Shown in pieces: positions 36,701 to 45,629 of a stretch of DNA of 64,000 bases. The first letter of the stretch is position 1; each line of letters begins with the position of its first letter. Below the pieces are notes generated by a model that was not told where the DNA came from, ran no database searches, and saw only the letters and a program-made list of their open reading frames with translations. Both the position numbers and the translations under genes were made by a program. The stretch is from Bacteroidales bacterium (GTDB lineage: Bacteria; Bacteroidota; Bacteroidia; Bacteroidales; VadinHA17), in the NCBI GenBank assembly GCA_024763075.1, contig JANTGF010000002.1:7831-71830 (forward strand). Reading direction: 5' to 3'.

Positions 36701-37507
36701 TTGTATGTACATACTGCAGACGGATGGCCTGATCTAAGGTATGAGGGTGTTGATTTAAGAGATGGTTACTGGCATAATATAGCTGCTACTTATGATGCTA
36801 CCGGAGGTGGTGTTGTAAATCTTTATCTCGAAGGTGAGTTAGTTGCAGTTGATACTATTGGCGGGCCTATCGATTTCTCTCAACTTGATATGTTTAATAT
36901 AGGCTGTATGAATGGTGATAGACTGTTCCCTGGATCTATAGATGATCTTAGAATCTATGCAGAAGTCAGAACTCAGGAGCAGATCAAGGAAAACATTGCG
37001 CAACGATTTACCTTGACAACTCAGGTTACCGGTAATGGTTCTGTTAATCCTGACAGCGGACAGTTCTATAACAATGATATCATAACTATTACTGCAATAC
37101 CGGATGATGGTTGGGAATTCAAAGAATGGGATCCATTTGCAGGAACCATTGGCGGGAGTAGCAACCCGGTTGATGTAACTGTACATGTTAACATTATTGC
37201 TGCAGCCGTTTTTGAAGCAGCCACTGGAATTAAACCGGAGGAACAAGCTGCGGATTTTGCCGTTTACCCGAATCCATTCTCAGACCGGCTGAATATCCGT
37301 TATGAACTGGTTCAGAAGGAACAGGTAACGATTGCCATATATGATGTACTTGGTAAAGAGGTTAAAATCCTGGTTGATCAGATTGAACAACCTGGTTCCT
37401 ATACCATTACATGGGATGGAATGAATGCTACTTCGAATGGGATATATTACCTGAAAGCCCGTGTCGGTTCGGATGTTCATACACAAAAGATTATTTTGAG
37501 CCGTTAG
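33755..37507 (+). CDS. Non-catalytic multi-LamG_3 (5 domains) surface protein with InlB-B-repeat-like domain and T9SS sorting domain
   Basis: Signal peptide. Five units of the form HWKLDETSG...NGFDV.LNN...WHHVAATYD...LDDVRVYD. One unit FTLTTQVTGNGSVNPDSGQFY...GWEFKEWD. T9SS tail: FAVYPNPFSDRLNIRY...GIYYLKA...KIILSR. No recognisable catalytic domain. Confidence 0.9.
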   Translation: MKTKNFYTRTILVMIGFLVGFSQTASPQGAHLKAHWKLDETSGIVAEDATMNGFDVSLNNTTDTNWVAGYNGGSLLLNGANQDGSIAAPASDAFKMQSFSVAAWVRNNAPMDKWGEWIISHGDNWGLYVKQDLGTQFYIHHSTGWAGTVGMDSTVWQDNAWHHVAATYDAETGMAQVYRDGMLVGEDSIGVIDYSMGDGITIGSMAGGRNWDGNLDDVRVYDGVLSSTEVQGIVSESSLVAYYKLDESSGTVASDASSNGFDVLLNNTTDTNWVAGYKGGSLLLNGANQDGSIAAPASDVFKMQSFSVSAWVRNNAPMDKWGEWIIGHGDNWGLYVHENLGIQFYIHHSTGWAGTVGMDSTVWQDNAWHHVAASYDAETGMAQVYRDGMLVGEDSIGVIDYSMGDGFTIGSMSGGRNWDGNIDEVRIFKNVITPADVKNIIAESGLLAHWKLDETSGNVASDVSDNGFDVTLNNTTDTNWVAGYKGGSLLLNGVDQDGSIAAPASDAFKMQSFSVAAWVRNNAPMDKWGEWIISHGDNWGLYVKQDLGTQFYIHHSTGWAGTVGMDSTVWQDNSWHHVAATYDAETGMAQVYRDGMLVGEDSIGVIDYSMGDGITVGSMAGGRNWDGNLDDIRVYNLVLDQDQIRNLAGFEPIEEKKLIVYWPFQQTSDTIAYDESENIYDLPLVNTDDSNWEIDFTIGKSLKLDGVEEYGVLDSITSLNFHQPTFSIVNYIKMAPGSITDWSRIAGFGDAYGFNVNEEGKLGLWCNFGSGWHGSYADMPTLADGKWHQVAMTHDDETGNIFYLDGEVVLIQDWSDTDGNQIEYPGNSLFVVGAVDNGYAFNNPLPANLNDMMIFSGVLSQTEIQDMMKKLGGATLVAHYTMDGAAGDSVIVDDSGNGFDVPLVNGTDSSWEPGVVDGSLALNGTDQYGLLAAPASAPFALQSFTISAYVKLDENAPGWSWVAGYGDNYGLVLNRDGKGSLMLYVHTADGWPDLRYEGVDLRDGYWHNIAATYDATGGGVVNLYLEGELVAVDTIGGPIDFSQLDMFNIGCMNGDRLFPGSIDDLRIYAEVRTQEQIKENIAQRFTLTTQVTGNGSVNPDSGQFYNNDIITITAIPDDGWEFKEWDPFAGTIGGSSNPVDVTVHVNIIAAAVFEAATGIKPEEQAADFAVYPNPFSDRLNIRYELVQKEQVTIAIYDVLGKEVKILVDQIEQPGSYTITWDGMNATSNGIYYLKARVGSDVHTQKIILSR
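33854..35716 (+). repeat. Three in-frame tandem 621-bp (207-codon) LamG repeat units inside the CDS
   Basis: Units start at 33854 (AHWKLDE), 34475 (AYYKLDE) and 35096 (AHWKLDE). The period is exactly 621 bp. The cores are near-identical at nucleotide level and the edges are more diverged. Confidence 0.9.
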
Positions 37508-37535
37508 ATTAAAGTATTTATTTCTTTTATAAGAC

Positions 37536-37572
37536 AAAAACCTCCAGGGTATTTAACTCTGGAGGTTTTTTT
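37536..37572 (+). terminator. Rho-independent terminator of the LamG-array gene
   Basis: Stem CCTCCAG (37541..37547) / CTGGAGG (37559..37565), flanked by an A-run and a T7 run, with an 11-nt loop. Starts 29 nt after the stop codon. Confidence 0.85.
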
Positions 37573-37812
37573 AACTTCACTTTTTTAGTTTTATTACAGA
37601 AAATATTTACTTCGGTTATATATTTGTCCTATTTTGTGCTAACAAATTTTATCGAATTACAATTGTCATGCAGATTGCTCGTATTTGAGCCAAAATTTAC
37701 ACTAAATTGTTATTGAGTTAATTAATAAGAATGAACTTTTTTGTTTTAGCTATTAAAAATACTGGATAAATGCACTGGATATGAGCTTGGACATTCTTAA
37801 TAATAGTCCATG

Positions 37813-38832
37813 CTAAATATGTTCAATAATTTTTAATCCGCAATTTTTGCACTTTCCCTGCTGGTCAAGTCCGCTGGTCCATGTTTTGTAACCATTACGT
37901 ACAATTACTTCAGAATTGCATACTGGACACAAAGTATTATTTCCCATGGCAGGATCGGCCACATTTCCGAGATAGACATATTTCAGGTACTTTTTGGCAA
38001 TTTTGTAAAACCCACTTAGCTTTTTCACTTCCGTAGGAGGGAGGCTTACCTTGAAATGAGGGTAATACCTGGATAAATGCAATACCGTATTTTCACCTGT
38101 TTCCAATGCGATCCATTCCACCATCTTTTCAAAAACCACAGGATCATCATTCAGGGTAGGGATAACCAGGTTGGTAATTTCAAGATGCTTTCCTGCTTTG
38201 TGAATTGTCTTAATGGTTTCTTTTACCGGTTCAAGGGATGAGGAGGTGTGTTTTTTGTAAAAATCTTCTGTAAAACCTTTCAGATCGATATTAAAAGCAT
38301 CGGTAAATTCTATCATTTCCCTACCGGGAGTTTCGTTGATAAAACCATTGGACACCATTACATTTTTCAGTCCGGCTTTTTCTGCCACCTTTGCCACATC
38401 CCGCACATATTCAAACCAGATGACGGGTTCGTTATAAGTGTAGGCAATTCCTATATTCCCTTTTATATCCAGAGCTTCATTAATAATCTCCTGTGGATCA
38501 GTGAGTGCTTTTCTTTCGGGGTCTCTGATTCCATTTTGTGATATATCACTGTTCTGGCAAAAGCTGCATTTCAGGTTACAACCGAAAGTTCCGATGGACA
38601 GAACTCCCTGTCCAGGGTAAAAATGATACAGTGGTTTTTTTTCAACAGGATCGAAATGCAGGGCAGAAAGCACTGCATAATTTTCAGCATAAAGTATTCC
38701 CTCAATGTTTCTCCTGACCAGGCAAATTCCGGTCTTTCCGGGTTTTATAATACAGTTATGCGGACAAAGGGTGCATTTTACAATGCTGTTTTCCTTTTTC
38801 TCATACCAGGAGGCCTCAGTGAATGTTTCCAT
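37813..38832 (-). CDS. amrS: AmmeMemoRadiSam-system radical SAM enzyme (PFL-activase-like)
   Basis: WYEKKENSIVKCTLCPHNCIIKPGKTGICLVRRN, FDPVEKKPLYHFYPG, and the radical SAM cluster motif GCNLKCSFCQNSDIS. C-terminal Cys pairs: CPVCNS...CKNCG. Confidence 0.85.
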   Translation of the reverse strand: METFTEASWYEKKENSIVKCTLCPHNCIIKPGKTGICLVRRNIEGILYAENYAVLSALHFDPVEKKPLYHFYPGQGVLSIGTFGCNLKCSFCQNSDISQNGIRDPERKALTDPQEIINEALDIKGNIGIAYTYNEPVIWFEYVRDVAKVAEKAGLKNVMVSNGFINETPGREMIEFTDAFNIDLKGFTEDFYKKHTSSSLEPVKETIKTIHKAGKHLEITNLVIPTLNDDPVVFEKMVEWIALETGENTVLHLSRYYPHFKVSLPPTEVKKLSGFYKIAKKYLKYVYLGNVADPAMGNNTLCPVCNSEVIVRNGYKTWTSGLDQQGKCKNCGLKIIEHI

Positions 38833-38973
38833 TTTTCATCCATTTCCTTTATTAATAAAAAATGTTTCGCACTTAAAGGTAGTAATATGATATTTAAAAA
38901 GTTAAAAATCCATAACTAAATTATACCCATGATAATTAATTACTTAATATTTCCATTTTTGAACTTTTTACAT

Positions 38974-39074
38974 TGTGATACTTTATGCATTCCTTAGTGT
39001 TCCTTAGTGGTAATAAAGAGTTTCCAATTTTAACCACTAAGGTCCTAAAGGATATCACAAAGGACTCACTAAGG
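38974..39074. repeat. Cluster of the octamer CCTTAGTG (x2) and its complement CACTAAGG (x2) forming an imperfect hairpin
   Basis: CCTTAGTG at 38992 and 39002. CACTAAGG at 39035 and 39067. CCTTAGTGGT (39002..39011) pairs with ACCACTAAGG (39033..39042). The outer TGTGATA (38974..38980) pairs with TATCACA (39053..39059). Confidence 0.4.
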
Positions 39075-39231
39075 TCAACAATCTTAATATCAATATATTA
39101 TGCCAAACTACTTTACCTGCAAAACATTAATTAATAATTAAACCTTTTACTAAAAATCGACATTCAATTTTCATTATTACATATGAATAATGTATTTAAC
39201 CATACTTGTAATTTTTTAACCAGTTTTTTCT

Positions 39232-41154
39232 TTATTCAAACCGGAGTCTTAACTCTTCAATGCTTTCAGGCGAACCAACTATAGTCAGTGTATCTCCAAT
39301 CCTCAGCCGGGTATAGCCGGTAGAAATAATATTATGCCCTCTTCTCCGGGTTGAAAGGATCAGTACATCGGGCGGGAGGTGCAATTTTCGCAGAGTCAAT
39401 CCATGAATATCAGGATTCCGTATGACAATATCTGCCGTATCCTGACTTTCTTCCATACCCAGCAGCAAGGAAGTAGCCATGGGTGAACGTACCAGATGAT
39501 CCATCAAACTGACAATGGCTGTATTAGGCTCAACGATCAGTGCATCCAGTTTATGAAATTTTTTAAGATATTCACGGTCATTCAATCTGACGATCAGTTC
39601 CGGAGTGCCGAAGAATTCATAGGCAATTTCGCATATTTTCAGATTTTCTTCATCTTTTTTTAGGGTAACAATGGCATCAGCTTCCCCTGCTCCTATTTTT
39701 TCAAGTTCTTCACGGGATATCTTGCTGATGTATTTTATTCCAATATTCTTTATCCCCGGATCAGGAATATTTTTCCGTCTGGATGCAATAACCGCTTTCC
39801 AGCCATGATTAGCTAATTGGCGTGCAAGTGTAAGTGATTGATGTTCATACCCAAATATGATGGCTTCCAATGGTCCTGCATGTGATTTATGAGTAGCCCT
39901 GCAATGGCTTTCCTTTACGAGTTGTATGGCCCATTTCATTAATGGAGGACCAATGATCTGGTTCAAAACAATAACGGAAACAAAAATGGAAGCAAAATTT
40001 TCTCCCCAGTCCGGATATTTATTGGCTATCACAGTTATTAAACCGAGGCTCATACCTGCCTGGGATACAAATGGCATCCATCCGATCCGGTTATACCGCT
40101 GGGGATCTCCTCCCAGTGTACCGCCTACCCAGCCGCCAATTATCAGCGTTAATATCCGCAGGAATACAAGCATTAGTGTTACTTCCCAGGTTCTAATGAT
40201 CACATCTACGGAAATAGATGAGCCGATCAGGGTAAAAAAGGCAACATAAACAATTGGAATTGCATCATGAATGATTTTTTGGAACTCTCTTCTGAATGGA
40301 GAATAATTAGTAAGAAGTACACTTGCGATAATACCCACAAGCAAAGGTTCAATATAAAAATGCAGTTTTAAATAATTTTCCGTAAGCAGATTTAATCCCA
40401 GGGCAATAAAATGGATGCTCCATCCTCCTCCAAGAATAATGATTGCCTTAATTAAAGTATTTGTCCGGAATGATAAAATCCATCTGAGAAACAGATACAA
40501 CAGATAGCTGATTCCAAATGAAACAATAAGCTCTAAAAAAATAAGCAGTATTGTGTGGAACGAGAAGCCATTATCTGTTAGCAGGGAGTCAACCAGTGAA
40601 ATAACAATAGCAAACAGAATTACCACCAGAAAATCCGTTAAAACGGTAACTCCCAGAACCATTCTTGTAAATGGCCCTTTTGCTCTGAGTTCATTGATTA
40701 CAGCAATTACCGAGGCCGGTGATCTCGCAACGAAAATAGTTCCTGCAAAGGTGGAAATGGCAATTCTTACAAAAAGGTCGGAAGTAAGGTTGAAAACGGG
40801 TAAGCCGGTTAGAAAGAACACCCCCAGACTTCCCAGTACAAAAGAGATGACAATCTGACCTGATGTCATCCACCGGATGCTTTTCATCCTGCTTCTTAAC
40901 TCAGCAAAATAAAGTTCAGAACCGGCGGCAAAAGCGATAAACGGAAGCGCAATATGATCAATAAAATGGAGCCTGCTGATGGATTGCCGGCTTACCATTC
41001 CAAGTACTTCCGGACCCACAATCATACCCATCAGTAAAAGACCGGTAATCAGGGGTAATTTAATATACAAAACCAGCTTAGCTATTTGATTCGAGGATAC
41101 AAGAATGATTCCGAAAACCAGTGTAATGATTAAGATATCTGTAACTATCTGCAT
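39232..41154 (-). CDS. CPA2-family cation:proton antiporter with C-terminal RCK (TrkA-N/TrkA-C) domains
   Basis: About 12 hydrophobic segments of Na_H_exchanger type. A Rossmann-like IIFGYEHQSLTLARQLANHGWKAVI segment. TrkA-C-like end RLRIGDTLTIVGSPESIEEL. Confidence 0.85.
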   Translation of the reverse strand: MQIVTDILIITLVFGIILVSSNQIAKLVLYIKLPLITGLLLMGMIVGPEVLGMVSRQSISRLHFIDHIALPFIAFAAGSELYFAELRSRMKSIRWMTSGQIVISFVLGSLGVFFLTGLPVFNLTSDLFVRIAISTFAGTIFVARSPASVIAVINELRAKGPFTRMVLGVTVLTDFLVVILFAIVISLVDSLLTDNGFSFHTILLIFLELIVSFGISYLLYLFLRWILSFRTNTLIKAIIILGGGWSIHFIALGLNLLTENYLKLHFYIEPLLVGIIASVLLTNYSPFRREFQKIIHDAIPIVYVAFFTLIGSSISVDVIIRTWEVTLMLVFLRILTLIIGGWVGGTLGGDPQRYNRIGWMPFVSQAGMSLGLITVIANKYPDWGENFASIFVSVIVLNQIIGPPLMKWAIQLVKESHCRATHKSHAGPLEAIIFGYEHQSLTLARQLANHGWKAVIASRRKNIPDPGIKNIGIKYISKISREELEKIGAGEADAIVTLKKDEENLKICEIAYEFFGTPELIVRLNDREYLKKFHKLDALIVEPNTAIVSLMDHLVRSPMATSLLLGMEESQDTADIVIRNPDIHGLTLRKLHLPPDVLILSTRRRGHNIISTGYTRLRIGDTLTIVGSPESIEELRLRFE

Positions 41155-41407
41155 GTTTAAAAAAAGCTACTCATTTGTATTAAATAAGTAAAATTACATT
41201 TGATAAGGTTTGGTAAATTAACAAAAAATCAAATTTATTACAATTTAATTTAAGTTTCCCAGCTGAATTTAGTTATATTAATAACTATATATATGCATAA
41301 AATTACTAATTTTAGGGGCTTTTATGCTGGTTGGGTTATTTTTGGTGTTATTTCTATCCTTTGTGAAACACACAATTATTGTAAAATTTTTTTAAACTTC
41401 ACAAATA

Positions 41408-42187
41408 ATGAAAATTAAATATGTTCTTCTACTGGTTTTTGGTGTTCTTTTTTCTTTTTCTGTTTTGGTTGATTGCATTCATAAAAAGGACAAATCGAAT
41501 GAGAATCAGGACTCTGCTTCTGAAATAGCAATGCCGGTTGAAAAGCAGCCGAATACACTGACTGAAGCCGAGAAAGCGGATGGCTGGAAGCTTTTATTTA
41601 ATGGTAAAACTACCAAAGGCTGGAGAGCATTTAATAAGGAAAGTATTGGTTCGGGCTGGGCTGTTGAAGGCGATTGCCTTGTGGCGCCCGGAAAAGGCGG
41701 AGATATTGGCGGAGATGTTGTTAGTGAAGAACAGTTTGAGAATTTTGATCTGAAACTGGAATGGAAAGTGACCAAAGGGGGAAACAGTGGTATCTTTTTT
41801 CATGTGCTGGAAGGCGATTACCCTGCAGTTTATGCTACGGGTCCGGAATATCAACTGATTGATGATATCGGCTTTCCTGCAAAACTGGAAGACTGGCAGA
41901 CCACCGGAGCAAACTATGCAATGGATCCCCCTGAAAATGCACAGATTAAACCGGCCGGTGAGTGGAATACATCTGAAATTACTGTAAATGGTCCTCATGT
42001 AGTTCATTATTTGAACGGAGTGAAAGTTGTGGAATATGACTTATGGACGAAAGAATGGGAAGAAAAAGTGAAAAACAGTAAATGGAAAGATTATCCTGAT
42101 TATGGAAAAGCAAAAAAAGGGCATTTAGGATTACAGGATCACGGAAACAAAATCTATTTTAGAAATATTAAGATAAAAGAACTTTAA
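41408..42187 (+). CDS. DUF1080 (PF06439, 3-keto-disaccharide-hydrolase-like) lipoprotein
   Basis: Signal peptide with Cys. GWKLLFNGKTTKGWRAF, GNSGIFFHV, PEYQLIDD, GHLGLQDHGNKIYFRNIKIKEL. Confidence 0.85.
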   Translation: MKIKYVLLLVFGVLFSFSVLVDCIHKKDKSNENQDSASEIAMPVEKQPNTLTEAEKADGWKLLFNGKTTKGWRAFNKESIGSGWAVEGDCLVAPGKGGDIGGDVVSEEQFENFDLKLEWKVTKGGNSGIFFHVLEGDYPAVYATGPEYQLIDDIGFPAKLEDWQTTGANYAMDPPENAQIKPAGEWNTSEITVNGPHVVHYLNGVKVVEYDLWTKEWEEKVKNSKWKDYPDYGKAKKGHLGLQDHGNKIYFRNIKIKEL

Positions 42188-42234
42188 TTGTTTTCTTTGC
42201 TTTGTAACTTTCTTAACCAACTAAAATTATCAAA

Positions 42235-42879
42235 ATGAAAAAATTATTATCATTTTCACGTATGGCTATTGTCCTTTCAGGGCTTATATGGCTTTCTTCT
42301 TTTACGGATACCGTTGAATACGGCAATTATAAAAAAGATAAAAAATGGGTCTCCCTTTTTAACGGGAAAGACCTTTCAGGCTGGAAAATTCATGGTACGG
42401 AGTTGTGGTTTGTAAAGGACGGAAAACTTATTTGTGAAAGTGGTCCGGATAAGAAGTACGGATACCTTGCCACAGAGAAGAAATTTAAGGATTTTGAATT
42501 GAAGCTCGAATTCCTTCAGGAGGCAAACGGGAATAGCGGAGTATTTTTTCGTTCTTCACTGGATGGTACAAAAATTTCCGGATGGCAGGTAGAGGTTGCT
42601 CCTCCGGGACATGATACAGGAGGTATTTATGAATCTTATGGCAGGGGATGGCTGGTTAAAATTCCGGATGAAAAGGAAAATATTCTGAAAATGGGCGAAT
42701 GGAACCAGTTGAAAGTGAGAGTGGTGGGTGATAATGTGAAAACCTGGCTGAATGGAGTGCAGATGGTTGATTTTAATGATGAGAAAATTGGTCAGGCCGT
42801 AGGGGTTATTGCTTTGCAAATTCATTCCGGCGGTGGGATCAAAGTGAGCTGGAAAAATATTTTTATTAAAGAACTCTGA
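42235..42879 (+). CDS. DUF1080 (3-keto-disaccharide-hydrolase-like) secreted protein
   Basis: WVSLFNGKDLSGWKIHG, GNSGVFFRS, IALQIHSGGGIKVSWKNIFIKEL. Confidence 0.85.
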   Translation: MKKLLSFSRMAIVLSGLIWLSSFTDTVEYGNYKKDKKWVSLFNGKDLSGWKIHGTELWFVKDGKLICESGPDKKYGYLATEKKFKDFELKLEFLQEANGNSGVFFRSSLDGTKISGWQVEVAPPGHDTGGIYESYGRGWLVKIPDEKENILKMGEWNQLKVRVVGDNVKTWLNGVQMVDFNDEKIGQAVGVIALQIHSGGGIKVSWKNIFIKEL

Positions 42880-42964
42880 AAAAGTAACTACAAAATTTCA
42901 GGCTGAATTTTAATTGTATAAACAAATAAACCATACTTGAATTTAACTTAATAATAAAAAAATT

Positions 42965-45610
42965 ATGAAAACACGAATGTGCAAACCCTTTTTGTTTCTT
43001 TTTGTTTTAGGATTCATAGTTTCATTTCAATCTTTTGCTCAGAAAACCAGTTTTACTACTCCTGAAAGCTATTTTGGCTTCTCCCCGGGAACAGACAGAA
43101 AGATGTTTGATTATGAGGAGCTTATATCTTATTTGAAAAAACTGGATGAAGAATCTCCGAGATTGAAACTGGTAGAGATTGGCAAATCCCCCATGGGGAA
43201 ACCAATGTATATTGCATTCCTTTCAGATGAGAAAAATATAAATAATCTGGAACCATTGCGCAGGATAAACAGGGAACTGGCTTTGAACCCTTCATTAACA
43301 GATGCAGAAAGAGAAGAAATGGCAAAAGACGGAAGAGTGTTTGTACTGGCAACCTTATCAATGCATTCCGGGGAGGTCGGACCTTCACAGTCTGCACCAC
43401 TGGTTGCCTACAAACTTGCAACTGCAGATTCTCCAGAACTTACAGGCTGGTTAAAAGATGTGGTTTATATGATGGTTCCCAGCCATAATCCTGACGGGAT
43501 GGATATGGTCGTACATAATTATAAAAAATACGTGGGTACAAAATATGAGGGTGCATCTTTGCCCCGTGTTTATCATAAATACGTGGGGCATGACAATAAC
43601 CGTGACTTTGTAATTCTTACACAGGAAGATACCCGTGCTATTGCCAGGATTTATAACCAGACATGGCTTCCCCAGGTAATGGTTGAGAAACATCAGATGG
43701 GTTCTACAGGTACCCGGTATTTTGTTCCGCCGAACCACGACCCCATAGCTGAAAATGTTGATGCCGGATTGTGGACCTGGGTTGGGATTTTTGGCCAGAA
43801 TATGCAGAATGATATGACCAATGCCGGCCTGGCAGGGGTTTCGCAACATTATATATTTGATAATTACTGGCCGGGTTCTACAGAAACTTGTTTGTGGAAT
43901 AATGTAATTGCTTTCTTAACCGAATGTGCGAGCGCCCGGGAAGCAACTCCCATATATGTTGAACCAAATGAACTCTCGGTTGGAGGGAAAGGCTTGTCTG
44001 AATATAAGAAAAGTATCAATATGCCTCTTCCATGGGAAGGCGGCTGGTGGAGGCTGGGTGATATAGTTGAATATGAAATCACCTCTACTATGTCCATCCT
44101 TAAAACAGCTTCATTGCATAAGGAAAAGATACTGAAATTCAGAAATGATATGTGCCGGCGGGAAATTCAAAAGGGCCTTACAAAGGCTCCTTATTATTAT
44201 GTCATACCAAAGAAACAGCATGATGAAAGTGAATTGGTGGATATGATCAACCTGATCAGAAGTCATGGAATTGATGTTTTTACCCTTAAATCTGATTATT
44301 TATTAAATGGCAGACAGTTTCTGGCAGGGGATTTTGTAGTTCCTTTGGCTCAACCATACAGGGCATTGATCAAGGAAATTCTGGAAAAACAAAAATATCC
44401 GGTCAGGCATTATACTCCCGGCGGGGAAATGATGAAACCCTATGACATTACCAGCTGGTCACTGCCGCTTCACAGGCAGGTTACTTCTTATGAAATTGAA
44501 ACCCGTGATAAAGGGCTGGAAGCGGATATTCAGAAAGTTGAAAATGATATAAATCTCGCAGGTGCTTATCCCGGAGATTTTAAATCTGCAATGTTCAGTG
44601 TAAATGATAATGCTGGTTTTAAGGCTGCATTTATCGCACTGGAGCAGGGGATTCCGGTCTCCAGACTGACTGCGGATGCTGCAATAGATGGGAAAGTTTT
44701 GCCCAAAGGAAGTTTTGTCATTCAGAATTCGAAGAAATCATCGGATACCTGGAAAATTATTCAGGATGAAATTAAAATTATGCCGGTTTTCTATAATGGG
44801 AATGAAGAATTGAAGTTAGAGGAAGTGAATGCCCCCAGAATTGCACTGGTTGAAACTTATTTCCATGATATGGATGCAGGTTGGACCCGTTATATTTTTG
44901 ATACATACCATATTAAGTTTACTGTATTACATCCGGGTGAAATTGAAAGCACCGACCTCTCAGGTAAATTTGATGTGTTGATCTTTCCGGATGATTCGAA
45001 ATCCATGTTAATGGAAGGGAAATGGGGTAGGAATGGTCAGTACAGTATGAGCCGGTATGCTCCTGAATATGTGAAAGGGTTGGGGAAAAAGGGTCTTGAG
45101 AAAGTGTTGACATACATTGATGATGGAGGACTCGTTCTATCCTGGGGGCAATCCACAGCATTGTTCGAAGGCCTTCATAAAATTACAAAGGGAAAAGAAA
45201 AAGAGGAATTTCAGCTGCCATTCAGGGATATTTCATCCTCTCTTCAGAAAGACGGACTTTATGTGGCAGGGTCACTGATGAAAATTTCCCTGGTAAAAGA
45301 CAACTCTTTAACACTCGGGCTTCCCCCAGAGATTGGAATCTTTTCAAGAGGAAGACCTGTGTTTGCTACTTCTGTGCCCATATTTGATATGGATCGCAGG
45401 GTAATTGGCCACTATGCGGATGAAAATGTGCTGATGAGTGGCTATGTCAGCCACCCGGAAAAACTTTACGATAAAGGTGCAATGGTATGGATCAAAAAAG
45501 GAAAAGGCCAGTTGGTACTTTATGGCTTTAGTCCGCAGTTTAGGGCTTCTACACAAGCTTCTTTCAAGTTGTTGTTTAATGCATTTTTTTTAACACCTGT
45601 TCAAAATTAA
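42965..45610 (+). CDS. M14-family zinc carboxypeptidase-like protein with large C-terminal extension
   Basis: Signal peptide. HxxE zinc motif in SMHSGEVG. PSHNPDG and HDNNRDF blocks. Confidence 0.82.
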   Translation: MKTRMCKPFLFLFVLGFIVSFQSFAQKTSFTTPESYFGFSPGTDRKMFDYEELISYLKKLDEESPRLKLVEIGKSPMGKPMYIAFLSDEKNINNLEPLRRINRELALNPSLTDAEREEMAKDGRVFVLATLSMHSGEVGPSQSAPLVAYKLATADSPELTGWLKDVVYMMVPSHNPDGMDMVVHNYKKYVGTKYEGASLPRVYHKYVGHDNNRDFVILTQEDTRAIARIYNQTWLPQVMVEKHQMGSTGTRYFVPPNHDPIAENVDAGLWTWVGIFGQNMQNDMTNAGLAGVSQHYIFDNYWPGSTETCLWNNVIAFLTECASAREATPIYVEPNELSVGGKGLSEYKKSINMPLPWEGGWWRLGDIVEYEITSTMSILKTASLHKEKILKFRNDMCRREIQKGLTKAPYYYVIPKKQHDESELVDMINLIRSHGIDVFTLKSDYLLNGRQFLAGDFVVPLAQPYRALIKEILEKQKYPVRHYTPGGEMMKPYDITSWSLPLHRQVTSYEIETRDKGLEADIQKVENDINLAGAYPGDFKSAMFSVNDNAGFKAAFIALEQGIPVSRLTADAAIDGKVLPKGSFVIQNSKKSSDTWKIIQDEIKIMPVFYNGNEELKLEEVNAPRIALVETYFHDMDAGWTRYIFDTYHIKFTVLHPGEIESTDLSGKFDVLIFPDDSKSMLMEGKWGRNGQYSMSRYAPEYVKGLGKKGLEKVLTYIDDGGLVLSWGQSTALFEGLHKITKGKEKEEFQLPFRDISSSLQKDGLYVAGSLMKISLVKDNSLTLGLPPEIGIFSRGRPVFATSVPIFDMDRRVIGHYADENVLMSGYVSHPEKLYDKGAMVWIKKGKGQLVLYGFSPQFRASTQASFKLLFNAFFLTPVQN

Positions 45611-45629
45611 AATTTAACTGTCTGAAATT

